Part shown: positions 45,981 to 55,313 of the stretch, piece after piece
How the letters are laid out: every line of letters starts with the position of its first letter
How positions within the stretch are numbered: the first letter of the stretch is position 1
Source of the DNA: an uncultured virus (IMG/VR IMGVR_UViG_3300023109_000008)
Lineage: Duplodnaviria; Heunggongvirae; Uroviricota; Caudoviricetes
DNA length: 64,000 nt
Virus record (IMG/VR): IMGVR_UViG_3300023109_000008
Reading direction: 5' to 3' (one strand)
Position numbers and translations under genes: made by a program
The notes under the pieces: generated by a model
What the model was told of the DNA's origin: nothing
What the model saw: the letters and a program-made list of their open reading frames with translations, nothing else
Database searches by the model: none

Positions 45981-46922
45981 ATGAAACTCACATTATACGC
46001 AACATTGTTTACAATGTTTGCAAGTGTCGCACTCGCAGGTGGACACAAAGAAATAGAAGATAAGAATGGACTATTTGTCAATGGAACTGTGGAAATCTAC
46101 ATTGACGACACCAACACCGAAACACCAGTAGATACAAGACTTGAAACCTTTGCAGGTTTTGAGACTGTTCTAGATCATTCATTTGTTAATTGGGCAGGAT
46201 TTGGTGCAAGATACGATACTAACTACTCTCTGGATCGTACACTAGACAATACCATTACGGAAAAACAGATGGGAATTGAAATTCTAGGTTCACGTCTATA
46301 TTTGGGAGAAACTGATGCACAAAGACTTGGGTTTGCAAAAACCTCAAAGATCGGAGCTCCAGTTATCATTACAAAACCAAGTTCACGTATTGATCACAAC
46401 GAAAAAGTAGTTCTTACTTTTGGTGGTTGGGAAAACAACGACGAGTTTGAATTTAATACATATCGTTTAAAGCGTGATATGCCATATGGTGGCGTATTTG
46501 GTTGGAATCCTGCAGACGATTCACTATATTACGGTGCAACTGCTCGAGTAAGTATTCTTGACGTTTCGTATATGGGCATTAAGAAAGATGATGAAACACA
46601 ACATGGTTATTCGGTTGGCACATCATTCCATCGCATGGGAGTTCCAGTAGGTCTTGGCATTGAAAGATGGGAAGACGCTGAGAATACACGCATGGATTAT
46701 GGTATCATGTATAATGCAACTAAGGAACTCATGTTCACGGCTCATAGAGTCGAAGAGGATGATCTAGGTTTTACCTACAATTATCTTGCGGCTATTCACA
46801 CACAAGGCCCAATTGAATTGGGTTTATATCTACATCATGATAAGTCACAAGTAAGTCCTTGGACAGGTGTTGAATCAACTATTGATAACAGTATCAAGGG
46901 TACACTGAAATATCATTTTTAG
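45981..46922 (+). CDS. Porin-like outer membrane beta-barrel protein
   Basis: Signal peptide ending ALA, alternating beta-strand pattern, C-terminal LKYHF. Confidence 0.7.
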   Translation: MKLTLYATLFTMFASVALAGGHKEIEDKNGLFVNGTVEIYIDDTNTETPVDTRLETFAGFETVLDHSFVNWAGFGARYDTNYSLDRTLDNTITEKQMGIEILGSRLYLGETDAQRLGFAKTSKIGAPVIITKPSSRIDHNEKVVLTFGGWENNDEFEFNTYRLKRDMPYGGVFGWNPADDSLYYGATARVSILDVSYMGIKKDDETQHGYSVGTSFHRMGVPVGLGIERWEDAENTRMDYGIMYNATKELMFTAHRVEEDDLGFTYNYLAAIHTQGPIELGLYLHHDKSQVSPWTGVESTIDNSIKGTLKYHF

Positions 46923-47005
46923 TTGTATATTTACCACAAATATTTTGATTTTTTTTGAAATGTTATTATGCATCGCAGAAAAGGTAATAAATAATAGTAT
47001 CAGAA

Positions 47006-47034
47006 GGAAGAGATTCGTCTCTTCCTCTTTTTTT
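47006..47034 (+). terminator. Intrinsic terminator-like hairpin
   Basis: GGAAGAGA-TTCG-TCTCTTCC followed by T-run. Confidence 0.7.
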
Positions 47035-47063
47035 GTTATGCATGTTATAAGAAAGGAATTTAA

Positions 47064-47471
47064 ATGCGTATGATCATTACTTCACTTGTCATGGGGATCT
47101 GTTGTTCAACATCCGCTATGGCGCTAGACCTACCAGTGCCTGGTTTGGAACTCAACACAGAAGTTAAAGCATTCCACAAAGTGGAAGCGGAAACTAATCA
47201 CGTCACAATCGAACCAGAACTGCGTTATACACCAGCGGCTGGGCCTCTGTCAGTTTGGGCAGAAGTACCATTGACAGTGTACGAAACTGGACACGCATCG
47301 GGTTCAGACTTTGCCATTCAGAATGTTTGGGAAGATGGACATAAACCAACTCTAGAGTTGGGTGCAGATATCGCACTAGGTGGCGGTGTTACTGCATATG
47401 GCGAAACGACATGGAATTTCAACACAGAAGATCGTGGTGAAGTAGAAGTGGGCGTATCGTTCAACTTCTAA
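47064..47471 (+). CDS. Small outer membrane beta-barrel protein
   Basis: Signal peptide ending AMA, C-terminal VGVSFNF. Confidence 0.7.
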   Translation: MRMIITSLVMGICCSTSAMALDLPVPGLELNTEVKAFHKVEAETNHVTIEPELRYTPAAGPLSVWAEVPLTVYETGHASGSDFAIQNVWEDGHKPTLELGADIALGGGVTAYGETTWNFNTEDRGEVEVGVSFNF

Positions 47472-47493
47472 TCACCTAAATATAGGTGGTAAC

Positions 47494-47520
47494 GGGCGGC
47501 ATTCGTGCCGCCCTTTTTTT
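47494..47520 (+). terminator. Intrinsic terminator
   Basis: GGGCGGCA-TTCG-TGCCGCCC-T7. Confidence 0.85.
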
Positions 47521-47532
47521 ATGGAGAATTGA

Positions 47533-48264
47533 ATGAGAAATTTATATATGGGATGGGATTCCAGACAATCACTCGCCTATAATGTGATGGAGTGGAGTCT
47601 CTACAATCATAGTAAAGACATAAACGTCTTACCACTTAAAATCAATGATCTCAGGAGTCAGGGTATTTACACCAGACCAGATGATCTTTTGAGTGCTACT
47701 GAATTTACCTTCACAAGATATCTAGTACCTTACTTGCACGACTACAAGGGATGGGCAACATTCATCGATAGTGACATGTTGATGTTGACAGATATCAATC
47801 CCCTTTTAGATCAGGCAGATGATGATTATGCAATCATGGTTGCAAAACCTAACTATGATTTTGAAGAGGGACTCAAGATGGATGGTCAGAAGAAATTCAG
47901 ATATCCAATGTTACCAGACGGCACAACGAGAAAGAACTGGTCTAGTTTGATTATGTTCAATTGCGCACATCCGTCAAATCGTGTTCTCACACCAGACTTA
48001 GTAAACAACTTAGATTATAATGGGATTTGGTTTCACCAGTTCCAGTGGTTGTGTGAATGGGAGATCGGTGAATTCGATATCGAATGGAACTGGTTGATTA
48101 ATGTACACGAAGAACCTCGTGATGGATCTCCAAAGATCTTACATTATACAGATGGTGGGCCTTGGTTTCCCCAACACAAAAATGGACTCTATGCAAAAGA
48201 ATGGTTCAGTGCATTAGACTCATTTGAGAATGGGTTGAACATATCCCTTTCTGAGGTGGGGTAG
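47533..48264 (+). CDS. Glycosyltransferase (GT8-like)
   Basis: ATEFTFTRYLVP, FIDSDML, RKNWSS, LHYTDGGPW. Confidence 0.8.
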   Translation: MRNLYMGWDSRQSLAYNVMEWSLYNHSKDINVLPLKINDLRSQGIYTRPDDLLSATEFTFTRYLVPYLHDYKGWATFIDSDMLMLTDINPLLDQADDDYAIMVAKPNYDFEEGLKMDGQKKFRYPMLPDGTTRKNWSSLIMFNCAHPSNRVLTPDLVNNLDYNGIWFHQFQWLCEWEIGEFDIEWNWLINVHEEPRDGSPKILHYTDGGPWFPQHKNGLYAKEWFSALDSFENGLNISLSEVG

Positions 48265-48948
48265 AATTTGTTTCACTAACGTATCACTGTGATGTTCACA
48301 ACCAGTAAGGGCATTAAATGTGATGTACGTAGGGACACCATTCTCTGCAGTCCAGTTTGACCATGCGCAACAAGATCCAATGTACATTCTCGCATCTCTT
48401 GCGATTTGCATTTTGTTGATTAGTTCGTCTGCGTTCTCAAAGGAACGTGAGTCACCTAGATTATAGAAGTCTGGGTGTGTGGATAACATTGACTCAAGTA
48501 ATGTTGCATCAGGATCTTGGAATCCTTTTGACTCCAGATCTTCTGGTACATCGTGCCAATACTTTCTTTCTATGAGAGAAGTAACGATACCTTTTCTTTT
48601 TCTGGGGGATGCTTTGATGTCCTCGAACGGATCATCTTTTTTAGATTTCCAAAACGAATTAAACTTTGCACGTGCAACTTCTTTAAAGACATCTCTATCT
48701 TCTCCAAAGAATTCTTGATATGGTTCTAATGTTATTTCGTGATCGTCATCTATAAAGTGTCGATATGCGATCAACGCCATCTTGAAATATTCGAGGTGAT
48801 CACAAATGACCAAATCTGAATTCTTAAAAACTTTAAACGTATCGTAAATGGCTTGTCTGTGCCATACCATAACTCTCGTTTTAGTTTGCAAGGTGTATTC
48901 ATAGTTTCTATAGTTATTCGTCTTTGACACGTTCATTGTACGATTCAT
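48220..48948 (-). CDS. Hypothetical protein (possible glycosyltransferase-like C-terminus)
   Basis: Coupled ORF; ARMYIGSCCAW weakly resembles a GT-B motif. Confidence 0.45.
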   Translation of the reverse strand: MNRTMNVSKTNNYRNYEYTLQTKTRVMVWHRQAIYDTFKVFKNSDLVICDHLEYFKMALIAYRHFIDDDHEITLEPYQEFFGEDRDVFKEVARAKFNSFWKSKKDDPFEDIKASPRKRKGIVTSLIERKYWHDVPEDLESKGFQDPDATLLESMLSTHPDFYNLGDSRSFENADELINKMQIARDARMYIGSCCAWSNWTAENGVPTYITFNALTGCEHHSDTLVKQILPHLRKGYVQPILK

Positions 48949-49333
48949 CACCAAAATTTACTGTTTTCTTTTTACTTTTATCCTTGGGGTCAATATGGAC
49001 ATCTTGTCTTACTGGGCCACTCTTTCGGGAACATGTATGGTGACATGCAGGTGGGCCATAATTATTCTTTAAGTCTCTATAAAACTTTTGCCACGGTTCA
49101 GTCAGAAGTATTTCGTCTATAGTTTCATAATCATCTATATTACTAACCGCAATAAGATCTTGCATAGATTCGTGTTGCATGTTTCCTAATGTATCCAAGT
49201 AACAACACGGTAATAGAATATTCTGATTGGTAACTGCAAATGGAAACCCTTTGAAACACATAGGATCTAATGGTTGTCCTTGTGATTCTTCACCAATCTG
49301 ATTGAGTTTTTCCATTGCCTCTTCTATTGACAT
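48914..49333 (-). CDS. Stand-alone SPASM/twitch domain protein
   Basis: PMC...LLPCC...PPACHHTC. Confidence 0.7.
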   Translation of the reverse strand: MSIEEAMEKLNQIGEESQGQPLDPMCFKGFPFAVTNQNILLPCCYLDTLGNMQHESMQDLIAVSNIDDYETIDEILLTEPWQKFYRDLKNNYGPPACHHTCSRKSGPVRQDVHIDPKDKSKKKTVNFGDESYNERVKDE

Positions 49334-49956
49334 TATTGAGTCCTCATTCTAAATTCTTTACGTGGCATCAAAGGATCATCTATACTTTTCCAACGACCAC
49401 TATGGATCAGGTAGAATTCAATATCATGTTTCGCCGCTAACTCAACTGCCTCGTCTATATCATCTTGATTGTATTTGAAAACAATATATTGCCACATTGG
49501 TTTATTATGAAGATGGAATTTTGATTTGATCATCATTTTGAAAAGAAATTTTCCATCTTGGTTTATTCTATATTTGTGACTATCTTTCGGTAACCCATCA
49601 ATAGAAAATCTCCACCTTGCGTATGGATGTGCATCCCATGCTCTCCTATACCAATCCACGTTTTTCTTTTTATTCGCAGCATGTTGAACATATACCGTTT
49701 TTGCATTATCGTAAGCGATCTTTAACATGTCTATGAATTTTGGATGGTGGGCGGGATCAGAGTATTGTCCTTCGAAGTTTATCGTGTCGAAAAACTTTGC
49801 AACCTTTGTGAAATTTTCTAAAGTTATATCCCAGCCTGGGACTTTCTGACCTCTATCATTATAATAGGTCTGTCGTGCACAGTTAGGACACATCAGAGGA
49901 CACCTGTGCGTAGAATCTAAATTCACGCTTCGTCGTGAGAAGAATTCATCTGACAT
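49333..49956 (-). CDS. Radical SAM protein (core only)
   Basis: CPLMCPNC, GQYSDP, FSIDGL, WQYIVFKYN; paralog of the 27466..28509 N-terminus. Confidence 0.8.
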   Translation of the reverse strand: MSDEFFSRRSVNLDSTHRCPLMCPNCARQTYYNDRGQKVPGWDITLENFTKVAKFFDTINFEGQYSDPAHHPKFIDMLKIAYDNAKTVYVQHAANKKKNVDWYRRAWDAHPYARWRFSIDGLPKDSHKYRINQDGKFLFKMMIKSKFHLHNKPMWQYIVFKYNQDDIDEAVELAAKHDIEFYLIHSGRWKSIDDPLMPRKEFRMRTQ

Positions 49957-49967
49957 TTATTACATCC

Positions 49968-49996
49968 TATAAATAGTTAAGTTACATGTATTTATC
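49968..49996. promoter_or_regulatory. Divergent pair of late-type promoters
   Basis: TATAAATA (+, 49968-49975) and GATAAATA (-, 49989-49996). Confidence 0.55.
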
Positions 49997-50004
49997 ATGA
50001 GGAG

Positions 50005-50712
50005 TTGAACGTGACCAAATATCTACACTATGATTTGCGTACTGATGGATTGAATCTATTAGACACAAATGCTATGTTGGAAGAGTTCTTTCAAAGGAAA
50101 GACTATGAGTGGTGGTATAAAGTTCAACCAGATGATGTCGTTGTTGATCTAGGTGCATGTGTTGGTTTCTTCACATGTCACGCACTCGACCACGGCGCAA
50201 AGAAAGTCTATGCAGTCGAAGCAAACCGCAACCACCTCAAGACACTTTGTTACAATGTCGCAGATCATTGGATCGACCACAAAGAATCACCAGTAATTCC
50301 TATTCACGCTGCAATCGGTAAAGATGATCGATATGCACTAAACTACTATGGTGATGATACATCCGCTCCTCGTAAAACTTTTATGGAACTGATGCACGAG
50401 TATCAAATCCACTGGGTAGATTATCTCAAGATCGATATTGAAGGTGCAGAGTTTGACGTATTCTCAGAAGAAAATATGTTGTTTTTAAAACATCACGTCA
50501 AACACATCTCTGTAGAATTTCACTTGGATGCATTCAGGGAAGCACCTTATGAGTGGATTAATTTCAGGGATAACATCGCACCACAGTTTGACCTGTCTCA
50601 ACTTAGGTTCTTGAAACATGAGGATCATGCACTGGCATATAACGAAGAGAAACTGTTAGGTGATTGGCCTATCGGTTGGGGTTCTTCGTTTATGGTTTAT
50701 ATTACCAATTAG
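50005..50712 (+). CDS. FkbM family methyltransferase
   Basis: VVDLGACVG, YAVEAN, LKIDIEGAEF, VEFH; start codon uncertain (TTG/GTG). Confidence 0.85.
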   Translation: MNVTKYLHYDLRTDGLNLLDTNAMLEEFFQRKDYEWWYKVQPDDVVVDLGACVGFFTCHALDHGAKKVYAVEANRNHLKTLCYNVADHWIDHKESPVIPIHAAIGKDDRYALNYYGDDTSAPRKTFMELMHEYQIHWVDYLKIDIEGAEFDVFSEENMLFLKHHVKHISVEFHLDAFREAPYEWINFRDNIAPQFDLSQLRFLKHEDHALAYNEEKLLGDWPIGWGSSFMVYITN

Positions 50713-51415
50713 TGATGTAGATCATGAACTCTGCAGGGACAGACCTAAAGTCTCTGTTCTTAATTGACCAGTCATTGTCTATCGCAGCTAGTACCGTCTT
50801 GTTCTGAACTTTCACCTTACCAGCGTTGATAAAGTGTTTCAGAAAGTTGTCTCTGAATGAAATAAACTTTTCAGGTGAGTCGTCTGCGGCTCGAAGGTGA
50901 CATTCTATTGCCATGTGTCGAACATTATTTTCAAAGAAACCAATCTGTTCTTTCTTGAAGATATTGTATTCCGCTCCCTCACAATCTACTTTTAAGAAAT
51001 CGATATTACTGATTTCATGTTTATGAATAAAATCAATAAAACTAAATTTCGGGAAGGCTGATCCATCATCTTCGAACACATGTAATGTGTCATTTGAATC
51101 TTCTGAGACTGCACCATGAACAGGTATAACTTTTGAAGGATCGTCGATTATATAATCTGCAACATTGTTTATTGCAGTTTTTAAAAGATTACGATTCGGT
51201 TCAATCATGTATACACGTTCTGCACCTTTATCTAATGCTAGTGCAGAGAAGAACCCCACACAAGCACCGACATCTACGACAATATCATCTGGGAGTACTT
51301 CGTACCACCAGTTATAATCACAGTTGATAAAGAACTCTCTATAAAGAGTCGCAGCCTGAGATAGATCAATTCCATCGGTACTGATCTTGTGGGGATCTAA
51401 AGATTTATGATTCAT
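50702..51415 (-). CDS. FkbM family methyltransferase (convergent paralog)
   Basis: VVDVGACVG, IEPN, LKVDCEGAEY, IECH. Confidence 0.85.
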   Translation of the reverse strand: MNHKSLDPHKISTDGIDLSQAATLYREFFINCDYNWWYEVLPDDIVVDVGACVGFFSALALDKGAERVYMIEPNRNLLKTAINNVADYIIDDPSKVIPVHGAVSEDSNDTLHVFEDDGSAFPKFSFIDFIHKHEISNIDFLKVDCEGAEYNIFKKEQIGFFENNVRHMAIECHLRAADDSPEKFISFRDNFLKHFINAGKVKVQNKTVLAAIDNDWSIKNRDFRSVPAEFMIYITNW

Positions 51416-51417
51416 AT

Positions 51418-51627
51418 TTACCCTGCACTACCAAAGTATTTGTCAATCATCTCCAAAACATCATCGTATTTTGCGATTTCCATTAGTTCCGCTTCCATCG
51501 CTTCTACGATGTCAGGGTGTTCACCAATACCTGTTGTTGAGTGCAAGTAAACTTCTACATTTGCTTTATGTTTTGCAACATGACCTTCAGCATGTTTTCT
51601 AAGTGCATCTAGTAGGATGTCACGCAT
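51418..51627 (-). CDS. Conserved small phage protein
   Basis: HAEGHVAKHKANVEVYL...GIGEHPDI; SD GGAG. Confidence 0.7.
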   Translation of the reverse strand: MRDILLDALRKHAEGHVAKHKANVEVYLHSTTGIGEHPDIVEAMEAELMEIAKYDDVLEMIDKYFGSAG

Positions 51628-51638
51628 ATCATTCTCCA

Positions 51639-51646
51639 TATAAATA
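51639..51646 (+). promoter_or_regulatory. T4-type late promoter
   Basis: TATAAATA upstream of gp3. Confidence 0.75.
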
Positions 51647-51678
51647 GTTATTATTAAGTTTGAAAGGTAATCACTTCA

Positions 51679-52167
51679 ATGATCACTAACTATTTATCTC
51701 CAACGTCATTCTTTGTTTCTATCGATAGACTTCCGAATGTGGAATTCTTTACACAGAAAGTGACAATACCAGATGTGTCGGGGAACCCACAACAGTTGAA
51801 CTCACCACTTGGGATCTTGTATGATACTCCAAGCCAATTGATCTATTCAGATCTCGACATGTCATTTATCGTCGATGAGGATATGAAAAACTATTTGGAG
51901 ATTCTGAACTGGATGGAAGGTATGGGCGCTCCAGAAAATCAAACTCAATACAAGAATCTCAAAGAGAGTGAGAGAGGAACGCAATCAGATATAACGATTG
52001 TACTCAACAACAATCACAAGAACCCAAACATCAAATTTAATTTCAAAGATTGTTTCCCCATCTCCATATCCTCAGTACCACTGGACATCACTGCGACTGA
52101 TACGAACTACGTAGAAGCGACTGTGGCATTCCGTTATACAAACTTTACGGTTGACACGTACACGTAA
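51679..52167 (+). CDS. gp3: Tail completion/tube terminator protein (gp3-like)
   Basis: NYLSPTSF, FIVDEDMKNY, FKDCFP, F.Y C-terminus; gp3-uvsY-uvsW synteny. Confidence 0.8.
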   Translation: MITNYLSPTSFFVSIDRLPNVEFFTQKVTIPDVSGNPQQLNSPLGILYDTPSQLIYSDLDMSFIVDEDMKNYLEILNWMEGMGAPENQTQYKNLKESERGTQSDITIVLNNNHKNPNIKFNFKDCFPISISSVPLDITATDTNYVEATVAFRYTNFTVDTYT

Positions 52168-52179
52168 ATCTGTTATAAT
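52151..52179 (+). promoter_or_regulatory. sigma70-type promoter
   Basis: TTGACA-N17-TATAAT. Confidence 0.8.
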
Positions 52180-52210
52180 GGGAACATTATGAATTGTAGA
52201 CAATGAGAGG

Positions 52211-52414
52211 ATGGTAATGGCACATTCGGTAGAAGAACTATACTCAAAAATTAAAGTACTGCACGATAAAGGTATTGAACTTCATCGTGAACGTTATCGT
52301 GTGCAAGGTACATACGATAAAGAACAATGTCGATATATGGTAGATGACATAAGAGCACTCGCCCGTGATATCGAAAGAGGACTCATTGACTTAGATAGGG
52401 ATTTTAGTAAATGA
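52211..52414 (+). CDS. Hypothetical protein
   Basis: 67-aa ORF with SD after promoter. Confidence 0.6.
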   Translation: MVMAHSVEELYSKIKVLHDKGIELHRERYRVQGTYDKEQCRYMVDDIRALARDIERGLIDLDRDFSK

Positions 52415-52998
52415 TAAATGTGCAAGAGACGAATCCGTTTCTACTCCCTTTCTTCAAAGTACCAGTACAAAACTGGGAAGAGAAAAAACCAAAACTATTG
52501 GGAATGGTTGATTGGAAAAATAAAGATTGTATGTTCAATGAATATTTTACTGACTATTATTTGCAATTCAAAAACGAAGATAATAGACCAAAATACATCG
52601 AAGATTTTAAACAGTTGTTGAAACCAGAATTAAATGCGTTTGTCAGTAAGATGGAGAAATCACCTCTCAATAGAATTCAAAAAGAATGTACTATGAGGAT
52701 CCAAACACTCTGGGCACAAAAGTATTGGAAAGACATGTCTATGGAACCACATACACACGAATCGACTGGGTATTCTGCAGTTCTATATGCAGAGTTTACA
52801 AACCACCATACCCCAACTGAGTTCTTCGCTCCATTTAAAAATATGTTAGATAGGATGGACTACAGACATACACCAGATATGAAAGAAGGTGAGATTATAT
52901 TCTTTCCTAGTCTTCTAATGCATTACTCTATGCCTAACAAAACAAAAGTACCAAGGACAATCTTTTCCTTTAACTGTGACATTATACCAATAAGGTAA
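52411..52998 (+). CDS. 2OG-Fe(II) oxygenase-like protein
   Basis: WAQKY, PHTH, SAVLY, FFPSLLMH, RTIFSFN. Confidence 0.8.
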   Translation: MINVQETNPFLLPFFKVPVQNWEEKKPKLLGMVDWKNKDCMFNEYFTDYYLQFKNEDNRPKYIEDFKQLLKPELNAFVSKMEKSPLNRIQKECTMRIQTLWAQKYWKDMSMEPHTHESTGYSAVLYAEFTNHHTPTEFFAPFKNMLDRMDYRHTPDMKEGEIIFFPSLLMHYSMPNKTKVPRTIFSFNCDIIPIR

Positions 52999-53005
52999 CT
53001 ATAAA

Positions 53006-53440
53006 ATGAATGATGATATTAATGAGATGTGGGCGAAAGACGCTCCCATCGATGAAACCAATTTGGTAAATGAAAGTAAACGCATACCACAATTGCATAG
53101 TAAATATTATGGTATGTACTATAAAGAAGCATTGACTGTGAAGAAAAACCTCGCAGTACTCGCAGAATTAAAAAGAGATAAACTGGAATACTATACTGGT
53201 CACTTAGACGAACAGACAATGAAAGAAAAGGGATGGAAACCATTCCAGTTAAAAGTTCTTCGCAACGATGTAGATAAATACATACAGAGCGATAAAGATA
53301 TTATCAGGTTGTCTCTCAAGATAGATTATCACAAAGAACGTGCAGGTTATCTTGAGGATATTATCAAAACAATACACTCTCGTAACTTCGTAATCAAATC
53401 AATGATCGATGTTATGAAGTTCCAAGCAGGTGATTATTAA
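53006..53440 (+). CDS. uvsY: Recombination mediator UvsY
   Basis: WAKDAPID, IPQLHSKY, EYYTG, RNFVIKS..KFQAG. Confidence 0.9.
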   Translation: MNDDINEMWAKDAPIDETNLVNESKRIPQLHSKYYGMYYKEALTVKKNLAVLAELKRDKLEYYTGHLDEQTMKEKGWKPFQLKVLRNDVDKYIQSDKDIIRLSLKIDYHKERAGYLEDIIKTIHSRNFVIKSMIDVMKFQAGDY

Positions 53441-53442
53441 TT

Positions 53443-53661
53443 ATGGTAGAGTCTATCCCACCCATCATTCCAACACAAATTGTAAGTAACTACACTCGCA
53501 CCGCTTACGTGGGCGAGGACTTGGTTACAACTCACGTCGAACACCAAATGGTGAACGGCGCAATACGTGTTTCTGAATTGGGATATACTCTATACAATAG
53601 AAACGGTGAATTAGTAGACTCTCCAAAACCTGTCGGGTCTAATGTGGATATTCAAACATGA
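53443..53661 (+). CDS. Hypothetical protein
   Basis: 72-aa coupled ORF. Confidence 0.55.
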   Translation: MVESIPPIIPTQIVSNYTRTAYVGEDLVTTHVEHQMVNGAIRVSELGYTLYNRNGELVDSPKPVGSNVDIQT

Positions 53662-55148
53662 CAGATACTGTAACAGTTGAATTTCTTGATCATGTTCATA
53701 TGAAAGTTCTTGCAGAACCATCGACACGACAAGAGATCTCAGATTTCTTTTCTTTTAAACCAGAAGGGTGGCAATATCACCCAAAGGTAAAAACTCGTAT
53801 GTGGGATGGGGTCATTAGACTTTATCAACCTATGAGACCTAAACTCTATGTTGGGTTATTAGGCAAGTTAAAAGAATTTTGTGACGTTAGAGAATACGAA
53901 CTTAATATAGAAACAAAAGAATATGATTCGGATGTATGTGTGGATGATTATCCAACTGCGCTTGCAGAACATATTAACTGTAAATACACACCACGTGATT
54001 ATCAGTCAGAATATATCTGTAATGCGATTGCGAATAACAGAACACTCAGTGTATCTCCTACTTCGTCAGGTAAGTCTCTTATCATCTACCTACTTCAACA
54101 ACACTATTGGCACACGTTCGATCACAGGACATTGATTATTGTTCCGACGATTGGTCTTGTCCATCAGATGGCAGGTGACTTTGTTGACTATGGGTGTAAG
54201 GAAGAGATCTACAAAATTCAAGGTGGTGTTGACAAACACACCAAGGCGCCTGTTGTAATATCGACATGGCAGTCACTCATCAAACAACCCAAAGCATGGT
54301 TCGATCAGTTTGATGTTGTACTTGGAGACGAGGCGCACCTGTTCGCTGCGAAGTCACTTACTACCATCCTAGAAAAATTATCTGACTGTAAGTATAGACA
54401 TGGATTCACTGGAACCCTAAAGTCTTCGGAGTCAAAGACACACCGTATGGTTTTGGAAGGTTGTTTCGGATCTGTCAAACGTGCAGTCACAACTAAGAAC
54501 CTTATTGACGCAGGGACAGTTGCAGACTTCAACGTCAAAGCAATTGTACTCAACTATAATAAAGAGACAAAGAAATCTTTCAAGGATGCATTCAAGAAGA
54601 TTGATGCGCCTCAGAAAAAGTATCCTGCAGAACGTGAGTTCTTGACGAACCACGAGAAGAGAAATATGTTCATCCGTAATCTCGTCTGGTCACTGGAAGG
54701 TCAGAACAATCTGATCCTCTTTGATCTGGTTGAGAAACACGGAAAGATCCTAGAACCCTTGCTTCGCAAGGAAGACAGAGTCTTGCATTTCATTTATGGT
54801 GGAACGAAAGGGGATGAACGTGAAACGATTCGGCACATGGTGGAAGAAGACAAAGAAAAGAGACATGATATCCTTGCATCCTATGGAGTCTTTTCGACAG
54901 GGGTGAACCTACAGAAGTTGGACAATGTGATTTTCGCCTCTGGTTCAAAGTCTGAGATCAAGGTTCTCCAGTCAATCGGAAGAACCCTAAGAAAAGGAAA
55001 CGATGCCGATCACGCTACGCTGTATGATATCGCTGACGATCTCTCTACAGGATCGTTCCAGAATTATACATTAAAACATTTTAGAAAGAGAATTGAGATC
55101 TATGGGGCGCAAGAGTTCCCATTTAAGGTGTACACGGTTGACATCTAA
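53658..55148 (+). CDS. uvsW: DNA helicase UvsW
   Basis: WDGVIRL, PRDYQ, SPTSSGKS, DEAH, GFTGT, QSIGRTLR. Confidence 0.95.
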   Translation: MTDTVTVEFLDHVHMKVLAEPSTRQEISDFFSFKPEGWQYHPKVKTRMWDGVIRLYQPMRPKLYVGLLGKLKEFCDVREYELNIETKEYDSDVCVDDYPTALAEHINCKYTPRDYQSEYICNAIANNRTLSVSPTSSGKSLIIYLLQQHYWHTFDHRTLIIVPTIGLVHQMAGDFVDYGCKEEIYKIQGGVDKHTKAPVVISTWQSLIKQPKAWFDQFDVVLGDEAHLFAAKSLTTILEKLSDCKYRHGFTGTLKSSESKTHRMVLEGCFGSVKRAVTTKNLIDAGTVADFNVKAIVLNYNKETKKSFKDAFKKIDAPQKKYPAEREFLTNHEKRNMFIRNLVWSLEGQNNLILFDLVEKHGKILEPLLRKEDRVLHFIYGGTKGDERETIRHMVEEDKEKRHDILASYGVFSTGVNLQKLDNVIFASGSKSEIKVLQSIGRTLRKGNDADHATLYDIADDLSTGSFQNYTLKHFRKRIEIYGAQEFPFKVYTVDI

Positions 55149-55184
55149 AGCAGCCATAAAGGTATCTTTTAAAGCGATAAATCG

Positions 55185-55213
55185 ATTATAACAACGTTGA
55201 TCAGGAAAGGCAA
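55185..55213 (-). promoter_or_regulatory. sigma70-type promoter facing antisense into uvsW
   Basis: TTGCCT-N17-TATAAT with no downstream sense ORF. Confidence 0.6.
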
Positions 55214-55249
55214 GAACTATTTTCAAAAAAGATGAAAAAAATTATCTGC

Positions 55250-55278
55250 TTGACAACCCTATCAACATAGTGTACAAT
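55250..55278 (+). promoter_or_regulatory. sigma70-type promoter of the gp55 operon
   Basis: TTGACA-N17-TACAAT. Confidence 0.75.
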
Positions 55279-55313
55279 AGACCTAATTTCAACACAACAG
55301 AGGGAACCTACAT

